A DNA stretch of 20,000 nt from an uncultured virus (IMG/VR IMGVR_UViG_3300020160_000566) (IMGVR_UViG_3300020160_000566), one strand, 5' to 3'. Shown: positions 1-9,294, numbered from the stretch's first letter. The notes: generated from the sequence alone by a model not told the origin. Translations and numbers: made by a program.

Positions 1-349
1 TCACAGGGAACTCTGCGATAAGTTGGTCAAATTCTAAGTTGTCCTTGATGAAGTTAAAGATTTGAGCGTTTGTGATAGATGTACCATCCATGTCGATATC
101 AATCGCTTCACCAGTGCAATGTTGACTAGATGCGCTGCCCCCTACGGCCTTGTTCAAAGCAGCAGAGCGGTAGCCTGATGAGATGTGAATAGGAACACCA
201 AAGTGCTCACGGATTGGTTGGAACACGTTCTCAGCTAACTTCTTGAAGTTCTCCAAGTGCTCAGGTGTAGGCATATTAGAAATGCCTTTACGTTTTGCAG
301 TTTCGCTACGTGTTACTTCTGCTAGTGCTAAATTTTTACTCAGTTGCAT
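1..349 (-). CDS. Endolysin, peptidase M15A-like Zn-dependent peptidase (3' end runs off the window)
   Basis: Not in the ORF track. Manual translation from ATG at 349 gives MQLSKNLALAEVTRSETAKRKGISNMPTPEHLENFKKLAENVFQPIREHFGVPIHISSGYRSAALNKAVGGSASSQHCTGEAIDID..., with the SGYRS...N..VGG...SQH..G.AxD motif typical of M15A phage endolysins. It follows several membrane-protein genes. Confidence 0.9.
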   Translation of the reverse strand, partial: MQLSKNLALAEVTRSETAKRKGISNMPTPEHLENFKKLAENVFQPIREHFGVPIHISSGYRSAALNKAVGGSASSQHCTGEAIDIDMDGTSITNAQIFNFIKDNLEFDQLIAEFPV

Positions 350-590
350 CTTTATCTTTATTTTTAAGTTTCATAATACGTCCGGCAGTTGTGATGCCAA
401 ACGCTCCCAAAGTTAGTAACATAAATCCATCAAAGATAAATTCTTTAATGACAAGTTCGTTACCAATTACACCGGTGATTACATCTGTCAATAAGACAAA
501 CACCATTGCGAAAAACGAGATGACACCAACAAAGGCCTGCTCGTTAATTTGATTATCGTCTGAGATTAACTCTCTGAAAAACTTTTTCAT
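336..590 (-). CDS. Small two-TM membrane protein, putative holin
   Basis: 84 aa with two hydrophobic helices (AFVGVISFFAMVFVLL; FIFDGFMLLTLGAFGI) and a charged C-tail; directly upstream of and overlapping the endolysin start. Confidence 0.65.
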   Translation of the reverse strand: MKKFFRELISDDNQINEQAFVGVISFFAMVFVLLTDVITGVIGNELVIKEFIFDGFMLLTLGAFGITTAGRIMKLKNKDKDATE

Positions 591-1141
591 AGTTTAAAAA
601 TATTTAGTTTAGGTCTTTTTGGTTTTACTACATCGTAGTGCCAACCAACAGGCGGTTCTTTTTGTTTATTATCATCAGGGCAGTCTTCTGTTCTCTTGTA
701 GAACATTATGTCACCCGTATAGTCATCCTTTCTTACAACGTAGTCAGATAAGTCCACAGCTACTATCTCATTGTTTATGTATGAGTAGTAAATCCAAGCT
801 CCCTCAATGGCTCTCTTCTGAAGCCACTGACGTATGGTGTCAAGCTTATCTTCACGTACAATCTGTAGGTCAATCACGTTTCTGTACTGAACAACCTGTT
901 GGCTGTAGAACATAAGCACTGTATCCCTAACTGATATAATAGAGTCCTTTGTCTTTACATCGGACTTAAATCTTGCAATCCTAGCCTTTTGATTTTCAAA
1001 TATTGAGTTTATTGTATCAGCCTGTGCCTTTGTTAGTATGACAACAGAGTCACCATCAATTACCGTCTGAAGTGGGTAACGTGATTGGCTGAAACTCAAA
1101 CTGCTTACCAGTAGACTGACTACGAACAATATCTTTCTCAT
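587..1141 (-). CDS. Secreted/periplasmic protein in the lysis cassette (possible spanin partner)
   Basis: Signal peptide MRKILFVVSLLVSSLSFS|Q (cleavage before Gln, common in Bacteroidota), followed by a helical region; overlaps the upstream gene by 86 nt. Confidence 0.6.
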   Translation of the reverse strand: MRKILFVVSLLVSSLSFSQSRYPLQTVIDGDSVVILTKAQADTINSIFENQKARIARFKSDVKTKDSIISVRDTVLMFYSQQVVQYRNVIDLQIVREDKLDTIRQWLQKRAIEGAWIYYSYINNEIVAVDLSDYVVRKDDYTGDIMFYKRTEDCPDDNKQKEPPVGWHYDVVKPKRPKLNIFKL

Positions 1142-1415
1142 TATCTAGTTCTTTTTTAATATCTTTTACAACCGACTTGGTACTGTCTAGGTCTCCTATG
1201 ACCTCAGATACCATGTCTTGTAAGTTCTCTTTATCAGCTTTTAATTCGTTTACACTATTAGTAAGTTTCTTATTAGCTGTTGTAAGCTTCTTGTTCTCAC
1301 CGGTTAGCTGTATGTTATCTTCTACGACAACAACGTGACCATGTCCGCTTGAGAATACTTGCGTTACCACAAGTATAATAAATAGAGAGCCTACAATAAT
1401 GAGCTTACGTTTCAT
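1056..1415 (-). CDS. N-terminally anchored coiled-coil protein, i-spanin (Rz)-like
   Basis: Basic N-terminus, one TM helix, then a heptad-rich stretch (LTGENKKLTTANKKLTNSVNELKADKENLQDMV); lysis-cassette context. Confidence 0.55.
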   Translation of the reverse strand: MKRKLIIVGSLFIILVVTQVFSSGHGHVVVVEDNIQLTGENKKLTTANKKLTNSVNELKADKENLQDMVSEVIGDLDSTKSVVKDIKKELDNEKDIVRSQSTGKQFEFQPITLPTSDGN

Positions 1416-1654
1416 TTCTTACTTAAGAACATCAGAACTATCTCCTTGAGACTTTTGGAGCTCTCAGTGCTCTCTGTGAGCTTGCTGTCAAGTTTCTCAC
1501 GATACTCACCCTCTAGCTCATTTACCTTTGCCTTAAGATCATCCTCGCTCTGCATTAGGCGATTAAGGAACATCCAACACAGGTAGCCAAGTGCTAATAC
1601 TGCGAATCCTAGGACACCATACTGCGTTAATACTTCAAATGGACCGAATGACAT
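1412..1654 (-). CDS. Single-TM plus coiled-coil protein, BhlA/UviB-like holin candidate
   Basis: LTQYGVLGFAVLALGYLCWMFL helix followed by a charged coiled-coil tail; ATGA overlap with the next gene. Confidence 0.55.
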   Translation of the reverse strand: MSFGPFEVLTQYGVLGFAVLALGYLCWMFLNRLMQSEDDLKAKVNELEGEYREKLDSKLTESTESSKSLKEIVLMFLSKK

Positions 1655-1788
1655 TACTTATTATCTAAATGTCTTTTGATGAATAACCATGCCACATAGC
1701 CTAATGCCAATACAACGAGCCCTAGTGGTCCGTACTCAGATAGCTGTGAGAATACACCGAAGTCAGGTGTTGTTGATACTGTATCCAT
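1654..1788 (-). CDS. 44-aa single-TM protein, paralogue of the N-terminus of the 80-aa holin-like gene
   Basis: Not in the track. MDTVSTTPDFGVFSQLSEYGPLGLVVLALGYVAWLFIKRHLDNK*; TAATG stop/start overlaps on both sides fill the gap exactly. Confidence 0.8.
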   Translation of the reverse strand: MDTVSTTPDFGVFSQLSEYGPLGLVVLALGYVAWLFIKRHLDNK

Positions 1789-2042
1789 TATCTATTAATT
1801 ATTAGTTGCTTTACTGCGTCTGATAACTCAGCTACACTTCTAGCTAAGTTTTTTATTTCCAATTGGGTTTGTTCTTGAATGGCCTGATATTTGAGACGAG
1901 ATTCTTGCTCGACAAGCTCAATCTTTCCCTTGAGCTTGCCGGCATCTTCAGTGTTCTTACGTACATCAGAGTGAACCATCTTTAAAAAATATCCTATAAT
2001 AGCTATGGCCGTAACCATACCAAATTGAATCAACTCTTGCAT
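1788..2042 (-). CDS. Single-TM coiled-coil membrane protein (lysis-associated hypothetical)
   Basis: N-terminal hydrophobic helix (LIQFGMVTAIAIIGYFL) plus a long amphipathic helix; tightly coupled in the operon. Confidence 0.65.
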   Translation of the reverse strand: MQELIQFGMVTAIAIIGYFLKMVHSDVRKNTEDAGKLKGKIELVEQESRLKYQAIQEQTQLEIKNLARSVAELSDAVKQLIINR

Positions 2043-2045
2043 TTA

Positions 2046-2378
2046 TTATACATTTTGCTGCCAAGCCGGCGGAAGTGTAACAGTTACAGGATTAATCTGT
2101 AGGTTAATGTTCTCTTGAAGTGAAGCATTCATTTGCTCTACATCCAACTCTTCTTCTAACCAACCAACAACTTGTTCTTTTGTTAATTGATCGTATGGAG
2201 TGAACGTTTCAGGATCAGGCATACCAACGCTAGTTGCGCCATATGTCTCTGCGAAATATTCTTTCTCCTCATGCAATTCTCTTGCTTGATATCTCCAATG
2301 CACAATGATGACTACATCGTCCATGTTTTCTTCATGAACTCTGCACTCCATTGCTGAGATTACCCAATCAGTTGTCAT
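2046..2378 (-). CDS. Small acidic tail-fibre-associated hypothetical protein
   Basis: W.I..MEC...VVIIVHWRY...F.PYDQLT.EQV.GW pattern typical of small genes downstream of fibre genes in aquatic phages. Confidence 0.65.
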   Translation of the reverse strand: MTTDWVISAMECRVHEENMDDVVIIVHWRYQARELHEEKEYFAETYGATSVGMPDPETFTPYDQLTKEQVVGWLEEELDVEQMNASLQENINLQINPVTVTLPPAWQQNV

Positions 2379-2505
2379 CTTCTTCTGGTTTTAATGCTTG
2401 AAGTGCTGCGATGATTGCAGACACATCTTGTAGGTTAAACGCTCCTTTTGTAGTTGCTACGTTTACTGCATCTACTAATACTTGGTAAGCTTGTTCTTTT
2501 GTCAT
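2368..2505 (-). CDS. 45-aa hypothetical protein
   Basis: Not in the track. MTKEQAYQVLVDAVNVATTKGAFNLQDVSAIIAALQALKPEEDDN*; AT-rich leader and a TAnnTTTG element 15 nt upstream. Confidence 0.75.
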   Translation of the reverse strand: MTKEQAYQVLVDAVNVATTKGAFNLQDVSAIIAALQALKPEEDDN

Positions 2506-2519
2506 AATTAAAGTTTTTA

Positions 2520-2527
2520 CAAATATA
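2520..2527 (-). promoter_or_regulatory. Bacteroidota-type -7 promoter element (TATATTTG)
   Basis: Matches TAnnTTTG just upstream of the ATG at 2505. Confidence 0.6.
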
Positions 2528-2533
2528 TGAAAA

Positions 2534-5500
2534 TTAATGCAATGGTACCCAACTGCTTCCGTTGTATACTGTTACTTTATTGTTAGTTGTGTCATACACA
2601 ATTAATCCTGTAGCAGGCGACCCTATACTGTTCATTTCTGAATTTGTCATTCTCGGAGGCAAGAAACCTTGCCTTCTTGATGACAAGTCCATTATAGATG
2701 ATGTATCAGGAGCAGTTGTTCCAACGCCTACACTACCGTTAGCAGCTATACGCATCATTTCAGATCCACCAATATTTATGGCAAATGGATTAGCAAATGA
2801 AAGATCTAAAGAAGACACTCCTGTAGAGTTTGAACTTAAAGATAAAGTCTGAGGAGCTCCAAATGATTGGCTATGTACAAGCTTCATCGTAGTAGGCACG
2901 AATGATGTACCTACAACATGAAGTTTAACATCAGGACTAGTAGTACCTATACCAACATCGCCCGACCCCATTACAGCTACTCTAGTTGATCCAGAAGTAG
3001 TTAAGTAAACAGAACTAGATCCTGCAACAGTTAATATATTAGAGCTATCTCTTCTTATAAAATTAGAAGTGTTACCGAAATACAAGTAATTATTCTCAGG
3101 CAATCTAATATCCCCAACAACATCTAGCTTATAAGCAGGAGTAGTAGTACCAATACCAACGTTGCCTGCGCTCGTGATGCGCATGCGCTCGGCATCAGCT
3201 GTTATGTCATACCAAACTAAACTCCTTGCAGAATTTATATAATTAGCCCAAATACCATTGCCTGCTGATTCTAAATATATTGATGCAATATTTGAATTTG
3301 AAACCTTTAATACTTTTTCTGTACCACTTATGAGCCCGTCGGTATAAGTTGTTCCAATTCCGACATTCCCATTTGCTGCAATACGCATTCTTTCAGTGTC
3401 ATTAGTGTAGAACTCCATTGGATATGCTCCACTACTGTAAATAACAGTTGAGTATGCAGTTCCACCGAATGATCCACCTGTAACATTATTTCTACCAAAA
3501 TAAGATGTACCACCTGCGTTTTGAGCTAAGTAAGCAGCTCCATTAGTATTAGTTGATGAGGTTAACTTAATACCACCTACTGCTCCACCTGTTGTATTTA
3601 CATGTAATGTAGAATCAGGATTAGTAGTACCAATACCAACAAGCCCTGAATTCTTAATAACAGCTTGATCGCTATTAGCCATTCTAAAGTAAATATCATT
3701 ACCTGAAGGCCTGTTGATATATAAGTGGTTGTCGTTTGGTGAACTTAATAAGTTATAAGAACCTGTATTTAAAGTACCATTTAATGATAATCCTGTATAA
3801 TTAGATCCAAAACCTGCAGACCCCATTAAAGCAGCACCTGACCCATCTCCGACTACTGTAAGTTTAGCAGCAGGACTTGAAGTACCAATACCTACAAAAC
3901 CTGCTGAAGTAATGCGAACTTGCTCAGTATAGCTATTTCCACCATTTCTCTGACCAATAACAAAATCTCCACCAACTGAAGCTGTGCTATTGTTAAATCC
4001 AATATACCCAATAGCATTACTTCCATTTAAAGAAACAAATCTTAAACTTGAAAATCCTCCGCCTCCTGTATTTTGAATTAAAATATTTGCGCCTCCATCA
4101 GGTTGAATTAATGAAACTGAAGATGCAACATAAGAGGTTGTATTGCTTTCAGCTATATGTAATTTTTGTCCAGGACTAGCAGTACCAATACCTACGTTAT
4201 TATTTGAGCTAATAAAAAATTGAGTTGTTCCAGTAAGAGAGTAACCATTTCTAGATATGAAAAAACTATCATTTGATCCAGTTCCTATTTCAAACCATGC
4301 TCCACTTGATACACCTCCACTACGGCCCATTCTTAAAGCAGCCGCGTTTGCAATAGAATTCCAAACAATATGAGGATTAGCTATCATAATGCCTGTTGCC
4401 CCGCCAGCTCCAATTGTAACAAATGGCGTAGATCCATCTCCCCATAGTGTAGTGTTAGTCACAACAAACTTATCCCATCCACTTGTCCCCCCTGTAAAAA
4501 CTTCTAGCTTTCCATTTGGTGCAGTTGTACCAATACCTACGTTGCCATTTTCTGTAATTGTCATTCTAACTGCGGCATCGACAGCATAGTTATGAGTTAC
4601 AAAATTTAACCTTTGACTATAATTTCCACCAACTGTAGTAGACTCAATAGACATACCTGCAATAAACTGATTTGCAAAAGTATTGTTAGCATAACCAATA
4701 TAACGGGTACCTGCATTTGTGTAATTTCCTAAACGTATATTGCCGTTAACATCTAAAACTTCATATGGATTAGTAGTACCTATACCTACGTTGCCGCCGC
4801 TAGTGATACGCATACGTTCTGCCCCTGCAGTTAAATCATACCAAACTAAACTTCTTGCTGTGTTTAAATAATTAGCAATAGATCCTCCTGCTGACTCAAG
4901 ATATATTGATGAGATATTACTACTAGATATCTTTAAAATTGTCTCAGTACCACTTATAGCATTGGCTACACTAGTAGTTCCTATACCAACGTTGCCTGCG
5001 CTCGTGATACGCATACGCTCAGAAGAGTTAGCAAAAAACTTTACAGGACCACCTGTTGCAAAAACACTTGCACTATTATCTGACCCATCTCCAAAAAATA
5101 ATGCTGTATTTCTTGAATTTATATTACCATCTACTGTTAATTTATCACCCGGAGTAGTTGTACCGATACCAACGTTGCCAGCAGCAGTAATGCGCATGCG
5201 CTCGGAGCTATTAGTATTAAATAATATGCTTTCGGCTCCCTTAGATGCTAAACTTAAAGCTACACTAGGATTAGTACCCCCCATTTGTATACCACCATAC
5301 CACAACTCAACTGATTGTGAAAGATTTTCAGCATAAAACCCAGCAAAAGTCGTTACATCGTTATTAGGGCTGACTACTACAAATCGTTTAGACGGACTAG
5401 TAGTGCCTATACCTAATCTACCACTCGCATCTAACGTCATAGCTTGTGTAAAGCTGATAGCGTTACCTGCCGTTCCTGAAGGAGCGGTAAACCAAGCGTG

Positions 5501-8500
5501 TATTCCAGCATCACTTGCGTTTATTTCATATCGTGCAGCAAAACTTGAATTAACATATTTCCAACCTGTTTGATAGAAAGCATTAGAGTTTACATATCCT
5601 GTATTACTATATCCTCCTAAACTTGTTGAGCCAACTTGAAATGCAGTTACAGTATTCCACGCACTCGGTGTTACTCCTAATCCTAAATTGCCACTAACCT
5701 CTTGTAGTGCGCTATTCCCAATTGCACTTGAGCTTGTAAATTTAGGAACGTAGTTCGTAGTTCCCGTTCCAGTAACCGGATTGGTTATAACTGACTGATA
5801 CTGAGGTATGTTTAGAATACCTGTAGAGCTGTTATATGTAGCCGCACCACTTGTGCCTGTTGTTGTCAAGCTGATAGCAGCTCTTGCTCTAGCGTCAGTG
5901 AAGTATAGATTAGTATCCTCAATGATGTCACTAGTGTACAATGTCTTTGAGCCAATACCTAAGATATGGCCAAACTCATCGAGCATGATGTTTTGAACGA
6001 CAGTGCCTATTGAGTTAAATGTACCCAATGGAGTCTCAAAATCACCAAGCTCACCTAATGATGTAGCTAGACATCTAAACGCCTCAAATGACCCCCCATC
6101 CTCAATTGATCTGTTCATTAAGTCTTGAGCACCCTGAACGTCTAACCCTTGGCCTATGCCGTGAGATATTGTGATGTTGCCTGATGATGTAATAGGGCCG
6201 TCCTCAGAGACGATTCTAGGGCCTGCAGTTACGCCAATGCTTGTAACTGTACCAACACTCCATGATCTGTCAGCAGAGAGGTCGTATGACGTACCATTTA
6301 TTGTTAACTGACGGCTTGTCGGAACATATCCGCTTAATGCTGATGAGTAGTTTGGTATATTTAAAGTACTGCCAATAAGCGTAGCCGCTCCACTTGATCC
6401 TGTAGTGGTAAGTGTAATTGCGTTCTGCTTATTGTTGAATGTATTCCAGTCAGTTGAACTTAAGAACCCGTTTGTTGACGCTCCTGCTTGACTAATTGAA
6501 AAAGTCTTTGTAGCACCATTAAAGCTCAAAGGAGCCGTAGTGTTTAACTGAGTGTATGCTAAATTACTTCCGTTAAAAAACACAAAGTCATTTGTAGTGG
6601 CAGCACCCGCAATTAAATTTGCTGTAACAGTACCTGTATTCTGCTGAGTAAGTACAATGCTTGTTGCGGCAACGCCATAGTTTACAGCAGCAGACACTAT
6701 TGAGCGGTTGTAGGCAGTTGTCCAGTTAGACTGATTGGCTGTTGTTGGTATTGAATAACCTGATTGAAGACCTAACGCAAACGTACCTGATCCTGTTATT
6801 GGAGAACCTGCAACTGTTAACCCTGTAGGCACAGTCATCGCAATGTTAGTTACAGTACCAACGCTCCAAGATCTATCTGCACTTAAGTCATATGCAGTAC
6901 CGTTAATAGTTAACTGCCTAGTAGTCGGAACAGGCGTATAACCTAATGCTGTATCAATACTCTTATTCTTCCAAAGCTGTGTAGCTGTCTCATAGAATAA
7001 GCCCTGATTGTTTAAAGGATTGTTGATGTAAACATTATGAAGCTCATCAAGCTCCCATCCGTTCATAATCTTCACATATATCTTACCGTGATTAGCATGA
7101 GCGTACTCAACGTAACCCATTACGACAATGTGTCCTGTAGACCCATTTGGCTTGACATTTGTCAGGCCACCCGGAATGGTAGGACTTAAATACAATACGT
7201 TGCCATCTACCCACGTCTCACCTTGCAATGACCCGGTTGTATTGATATCCTCAAGGTGACCAACAGTAATAATAAACCCTTCTTGGTTTGTAGCAATAGT
7301 CTCTGTAACCAAACCAATGGTGTCAGCACTATTAGCATCGCTGTCAGCCTGAGCGTATGCTACAGCTAATCGTTGGCCTTGAGCACCACTTACCCTAACA
7401 GCAGCATACCCTGCCTTTGTAAGCGTTGTATTTGGACTGACCTTGTTGACCACTCTAGCCACCAAGTCAACACCGTTCTTTAGTATAACGCTACCGCCTT
7501 TTAATGTGGTTTCACTAGATCCAATTGTGTTGTTCCACCTAGTTGTACCTACAACAGCAGTGCCCGTAGGTGATACGTCAAGTGTCAACTGACCTGCAGT
7601 CAACCCAAACTCACCTAAGTTTACATTTTGTGTAGCACCAATATAAGGAACATAACCACCCAATGCTGTTGAGTAGTTAGGTATATTTAGCACACCTGTA
7701 GTATTGTCATATGTTGACAAACCACCTGTGCCTAATGTTGTCAAGCTTATTGACTGACGAGCACGTAAATTTGTAAAATAAAGATTGGTTACTCCCTCAG
7801 GAATGTTGTCACTTGTCAAGCTAACAGCACCGGTCTGTCCATTGACAGATGTAACCGAGTCAGTGTTGTCAACCTGTTGCCATGCCGTGCCATCGAATAT
7901 AGCCCAGTCGCCTACGTTCCAGTCAGTGATGCCGTCAAGGTTAGTACTACCTGCCACGTTGACAATGTAGTAGTAACCACGAGTACCAACACCGCTAGTT
8001 AAGGCAGGTGTATTTGTCAAAGCGTTCCATGTACCTTGGTAGATTGAACTACCTATCAACCCATTGATTTGATTCTGCAACTTACCGAATGCAGTAAGAA
8101 TGCTGTCAGAGGCATTTATAGAGCCTCCAGTGACATTTACGCCTGTTAAGACCTTAGCGGTCACCGAGGCGTTATTAAGTGTCACAGAAGCCGTCCCTGG
8201 CCCCGATCCTGTAGCCTCACCACTTAGCGCAGTGATATAGTTGCCTGCAGGTTGCTTACTATTGAAAGTATTCCAATCAGTAAAGCTTAAGAAGCCACTA
8301 GTGCTAATGTTTGCCTGTGGTATTGTGATATTAGGTGTAGTACCACCTGATGAGCTCAACGGAGCTGATGCAGTGACTGCTGTCACAGTTCCAACATTCC
8401 AAGTCCTATTAGCGCTTAGATCATATGTTGTGCCATTGATTGTTAGCGTCCTGCTATTTGGTACATAACCACTCAAAGCTGTTGAGTAGTTAGGAATGTT

Positions 8501-8653
8501 TAGGACATTATTTATAAAAGTAGAAGGCCCTGAAGAGCCTAATGTTGTAAGTGCGATTTTATTTTGAAATATGGACTTTACATTTCCATACTTATCAGTT
8601 ACAACAAGCTCTCTATTATTAGAGCCAAGACCATACTTATTTATTTTCTCCAT
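2534..8653 (-). CDS. Long tail fibre / receptor-binding protein with tandem G(N/x)VGIGTT repeats
   Basis: 2039 aa, rich in G/T/S/N. The N-half has repeated modules (LTINGTxYDLSAxRxWxVGTVT x3, GFLSxTDWNTFNxKQ x2). The C-half has about 13 xRIxxxGNVGIGTTxP units and ends in GFLPPRMT...PATGLIVYDTT...YNGSSW. Confidence 0.85.
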   Translation of the reverse strand: MEKINKYGLGSNNRELVVTDKYGNVKSIFQNKIALTTLGSSGPSTFINNVLNIPNYSTALSGYVPNSRTLTINGTTYDLSANRTWNVGTVTAVTASAPLSSSGGTTPNITIPQANISTSGFLSFTDWNTFNSKQPAGNYITALSGEATGSGPGTASVTLNNASVTAKVLTGVNVTGGSINASDSILTAFGKLQNQINGLIGSSIYQGTWNALTNTPALTSGVGTRGYYYIVNVAGSTNLDGITDWNVGDWAIFDGTAWQQVDNTDSVTSVNGQTGAVSLTSDNIPEGVTNLYFTNLRARQSISLTTLGTGGLSTYDNTTGVLNIPNYSTALGGYVPYIGATQNVNLGEFGLTAGQLTLDVSPTGTAVVGTTRWNNTIGSSETTLKGGSVILKNGVDLVARVVNKVSPNTTLTKAGYAAVRVSGAQGQRLAVAYAQADSDANSADTIGLVTETIATNQEGFIITVGHLEDINTTGSLQGETWVDGNVLYLSPTIPGGLTNVKPNGSTGHIVVMGYVEYAHANHGKIYVKIMNGWELDELHNVYINNPLNNQGLFYETATQLWKNKSIDTALGYTPVPTTRQLTINGTAYDLSADRSWSVGTVTNIAMTVPTGLTVAGSPITGSGTFALGLQSGYSIPTTANQSNWTTAYNRSIVSAAVNYGVAATSIVLTQQNTGTVTANLIAGAATTNDFVFFNGSNLAYTQLNTTAPLSFNGATKTFSISQAGASTNGFLSSTDWNTFNNKQNAITLTTTGSSGAATLIGSTLNIPNYSSALSGYVPTSRQLTINGTSYDLSADRSWSVGTVTSIGVTAGPRIVSEDGPITSSGNITISHGIGQGLDVQGAQDLMNRSIEDGGSFEAFRCLATSLGELGDFETPLGTFNSIGTVVQNIMLDEFGHILGIGSKTLYTSDIIEDTNLYFTDARARAAISLTTTGTSGAATYNSSTGILNIPQYQSVITNPVTGTGTTNYVPKFTSSSAIGNSALQEVSGNLGLGVTPSAWNTVTAFQVGSTSLGGYSNTGYVNSNAFYQTGWKYVNSSFAARYEINASDAGIHAWFTAPSGTAGNAISFTQAMTLDASGRLGIGTTSPSKRFVVVSPNNDVTTFAGFYAENLSQSVELWYGGIQMGGTNPSVALSLASKGAESILFNTNSSERMRITAAGNVGIGTTTPGDKLTVDGNINSRNTALFFGDGSDNSASVFATGGPVKFFANSSERMRITSAGNVGIGTTSVANAISGTETILKISSSNISSIYLESAGGSIANYLNTARSLVWYDLTAGAERMRITSGGNVGIGTTNPYEVLDVNGNIRLGNYTNAGTRYIGYANNTFANQFIAGMSIESTTVGGNYSQRLNFVTHNYAVDAAVRMTITENGNVGIGTTAPNGKLEVFTGGTSGWDKFVVTNTTLWGDGSTPFVTIGAGGATGIMIANPHIVWNSIANAAALRMGRSGGVSSGAWFEIGTGSNDSFFISRNGYSLTGTTQFFISSNNNVGIGTASPGQKLHIAESNTTSYVASSVSLIQPDGGANILIQNTGGGGFSSLRFVSLNGSNAIGYIGFNNSTASVGGDFVIGQRNGGNSYTEQVRITSAGFVGIGTSSPAAKLTVVGDGSGAALMGSAGFGSNYTGLSLNGTLNTGSYNLLSSPNDNHLYINRPSGNDIYFRMANSDQAVIKNSGLVGIGTTNPDSTLHVNTTGGAVGGIKLTSSTNTNGAAYLAQNAGGTSYFGRNNVTGGSFGGTAYSTVIYSSGAYPMEFYTNDTERMRIAANGNVGIGTTYTDGLISGTEKVLKVSNSNIASIYLESAGNGIWANYINSARSLVWYDITADAERMRITSAGNVGIGTTTPAYKLDVVGDIRLPENNYLYFGNTSNFIRRDSSNILTVAGSSSVYLTTSGSTRVAVMGSGDVGIGTTSPDVKLHVVGTSFVPTTMKLVHSQSFGAPQTLSLSSNSTGVSSLDLSFANPFAINIGGSEMMRIAANGSVGVGTTAPDTSSIMDLSSRRQGFLPPRMTNSEMNSIGSPATGLIVYDTTNNKVTVYNGSSWVPLH
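3153..5205 (-). repeat. Dispersed ~38-bp DNA repeats encoding ERMRITSAGNVGI linkers
   Basis: 3153-3190 and 4983-5020 are identical at 36/38 nt; further diverged copies at about 4782-4819 and 5166-5205. Confidence 0.8.
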
Positions 8654-8938
8654 TTACTCTATATTAAGAGTATAAAAAGTATTAGCTACAGATGATCTAG
8701 CCAATATTTTATCTCCTTGTGCTAGTTCGTATTTTAAATTATCAGTTACAACATCTCCTGCGTCAAGTATTAGCGTATACAAATCTACTGTTCTGTCTTC
8801 TTTTGCGACATACAAAAAAACTTCTAACGTGTAGCTAATGTCATTTGTAAATCGCATACTCAAGACATCATTACCTATCTTATCAACACAAGTAAAGATA
8901 CTTGCTGTTACAGTAGTTACCGATCCGCTTTTAGTCAT
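8654..8938 (-). CDS. Small hypothetical protein upstream of the tail fibre (likely structural/assembly)
   Basis: 94 aa with beta-strand-like patterning; abuts the fibre start and has a TAATG overlap with the upstream gene. Confidence 0.65.
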   Translation of the reverse strand: MTKSGSVTTVTASIFTCVDKIGNDVLSMRFTNDISYTLEVFLYVAKEDRTVDLYTLILDAGDVVTDNLKYELAQGDKILARSSVANTFYTLNIE

Positions 8939-9294
8939 TACTCTTCAATTTGCACCATTGGCTCGTAAGGAAACTCCTCCGTAGTAGCGTGTCCAGCAAA
9001 TGCGTGTTTTGGGTTCTTTGGTTCTACTAAGTTTGCCCCAAAGTCGTATGTCTCGGAACTCATAACGTCATAGTGGTAGCCATCAGCGTAAACGGGCGGG
9101 GTTACGATTTCCATTCCATCCATTACGGGAGGGACGATCATAATTTTTCCTATATTGACTACAGCTTGCACACCTTCGCCATAAGCCAAATACACATTGC
9201 CATCAATGCCTTCTGTCTCAACAAATATTCCTTTTGACTTTAAATCGTCAAGGCCTTGTTGTTCGTTCTCATAATTAAGCTTAAAAATGTTCAT
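8938..9294 (-). CDS. Hypothetical protein; apparent chimera of a replacement 5' half and the original 3' half
   Basis: 118 aa; residues 1-50 are 30/50 identical and gap-free with the remnant ORF at 10002-10154; start overlaps the endonuclease stop (ATGA). Confidence 0.8.
   Translation of the reverse strand: MNIFKLNYENEQQGLDDLKSKGIFVETEGIDGNVYLAYGEGVQAVVNIGKIMIVPPVMDGMEIVTPPVYADGYHYDVMSSETYDFGANLVEPKNPKHAFAGHATTEEFPYEPMVQIEE

Noticed and set aside
2534..8653. Diversity-generating retroelement or shufflon acting on the tail fibre
   Set aside because: No reverse transcriptase or invertase in the window, no TR/VR pair with adenine-specific mismatches, and repeats are direct and in frame.
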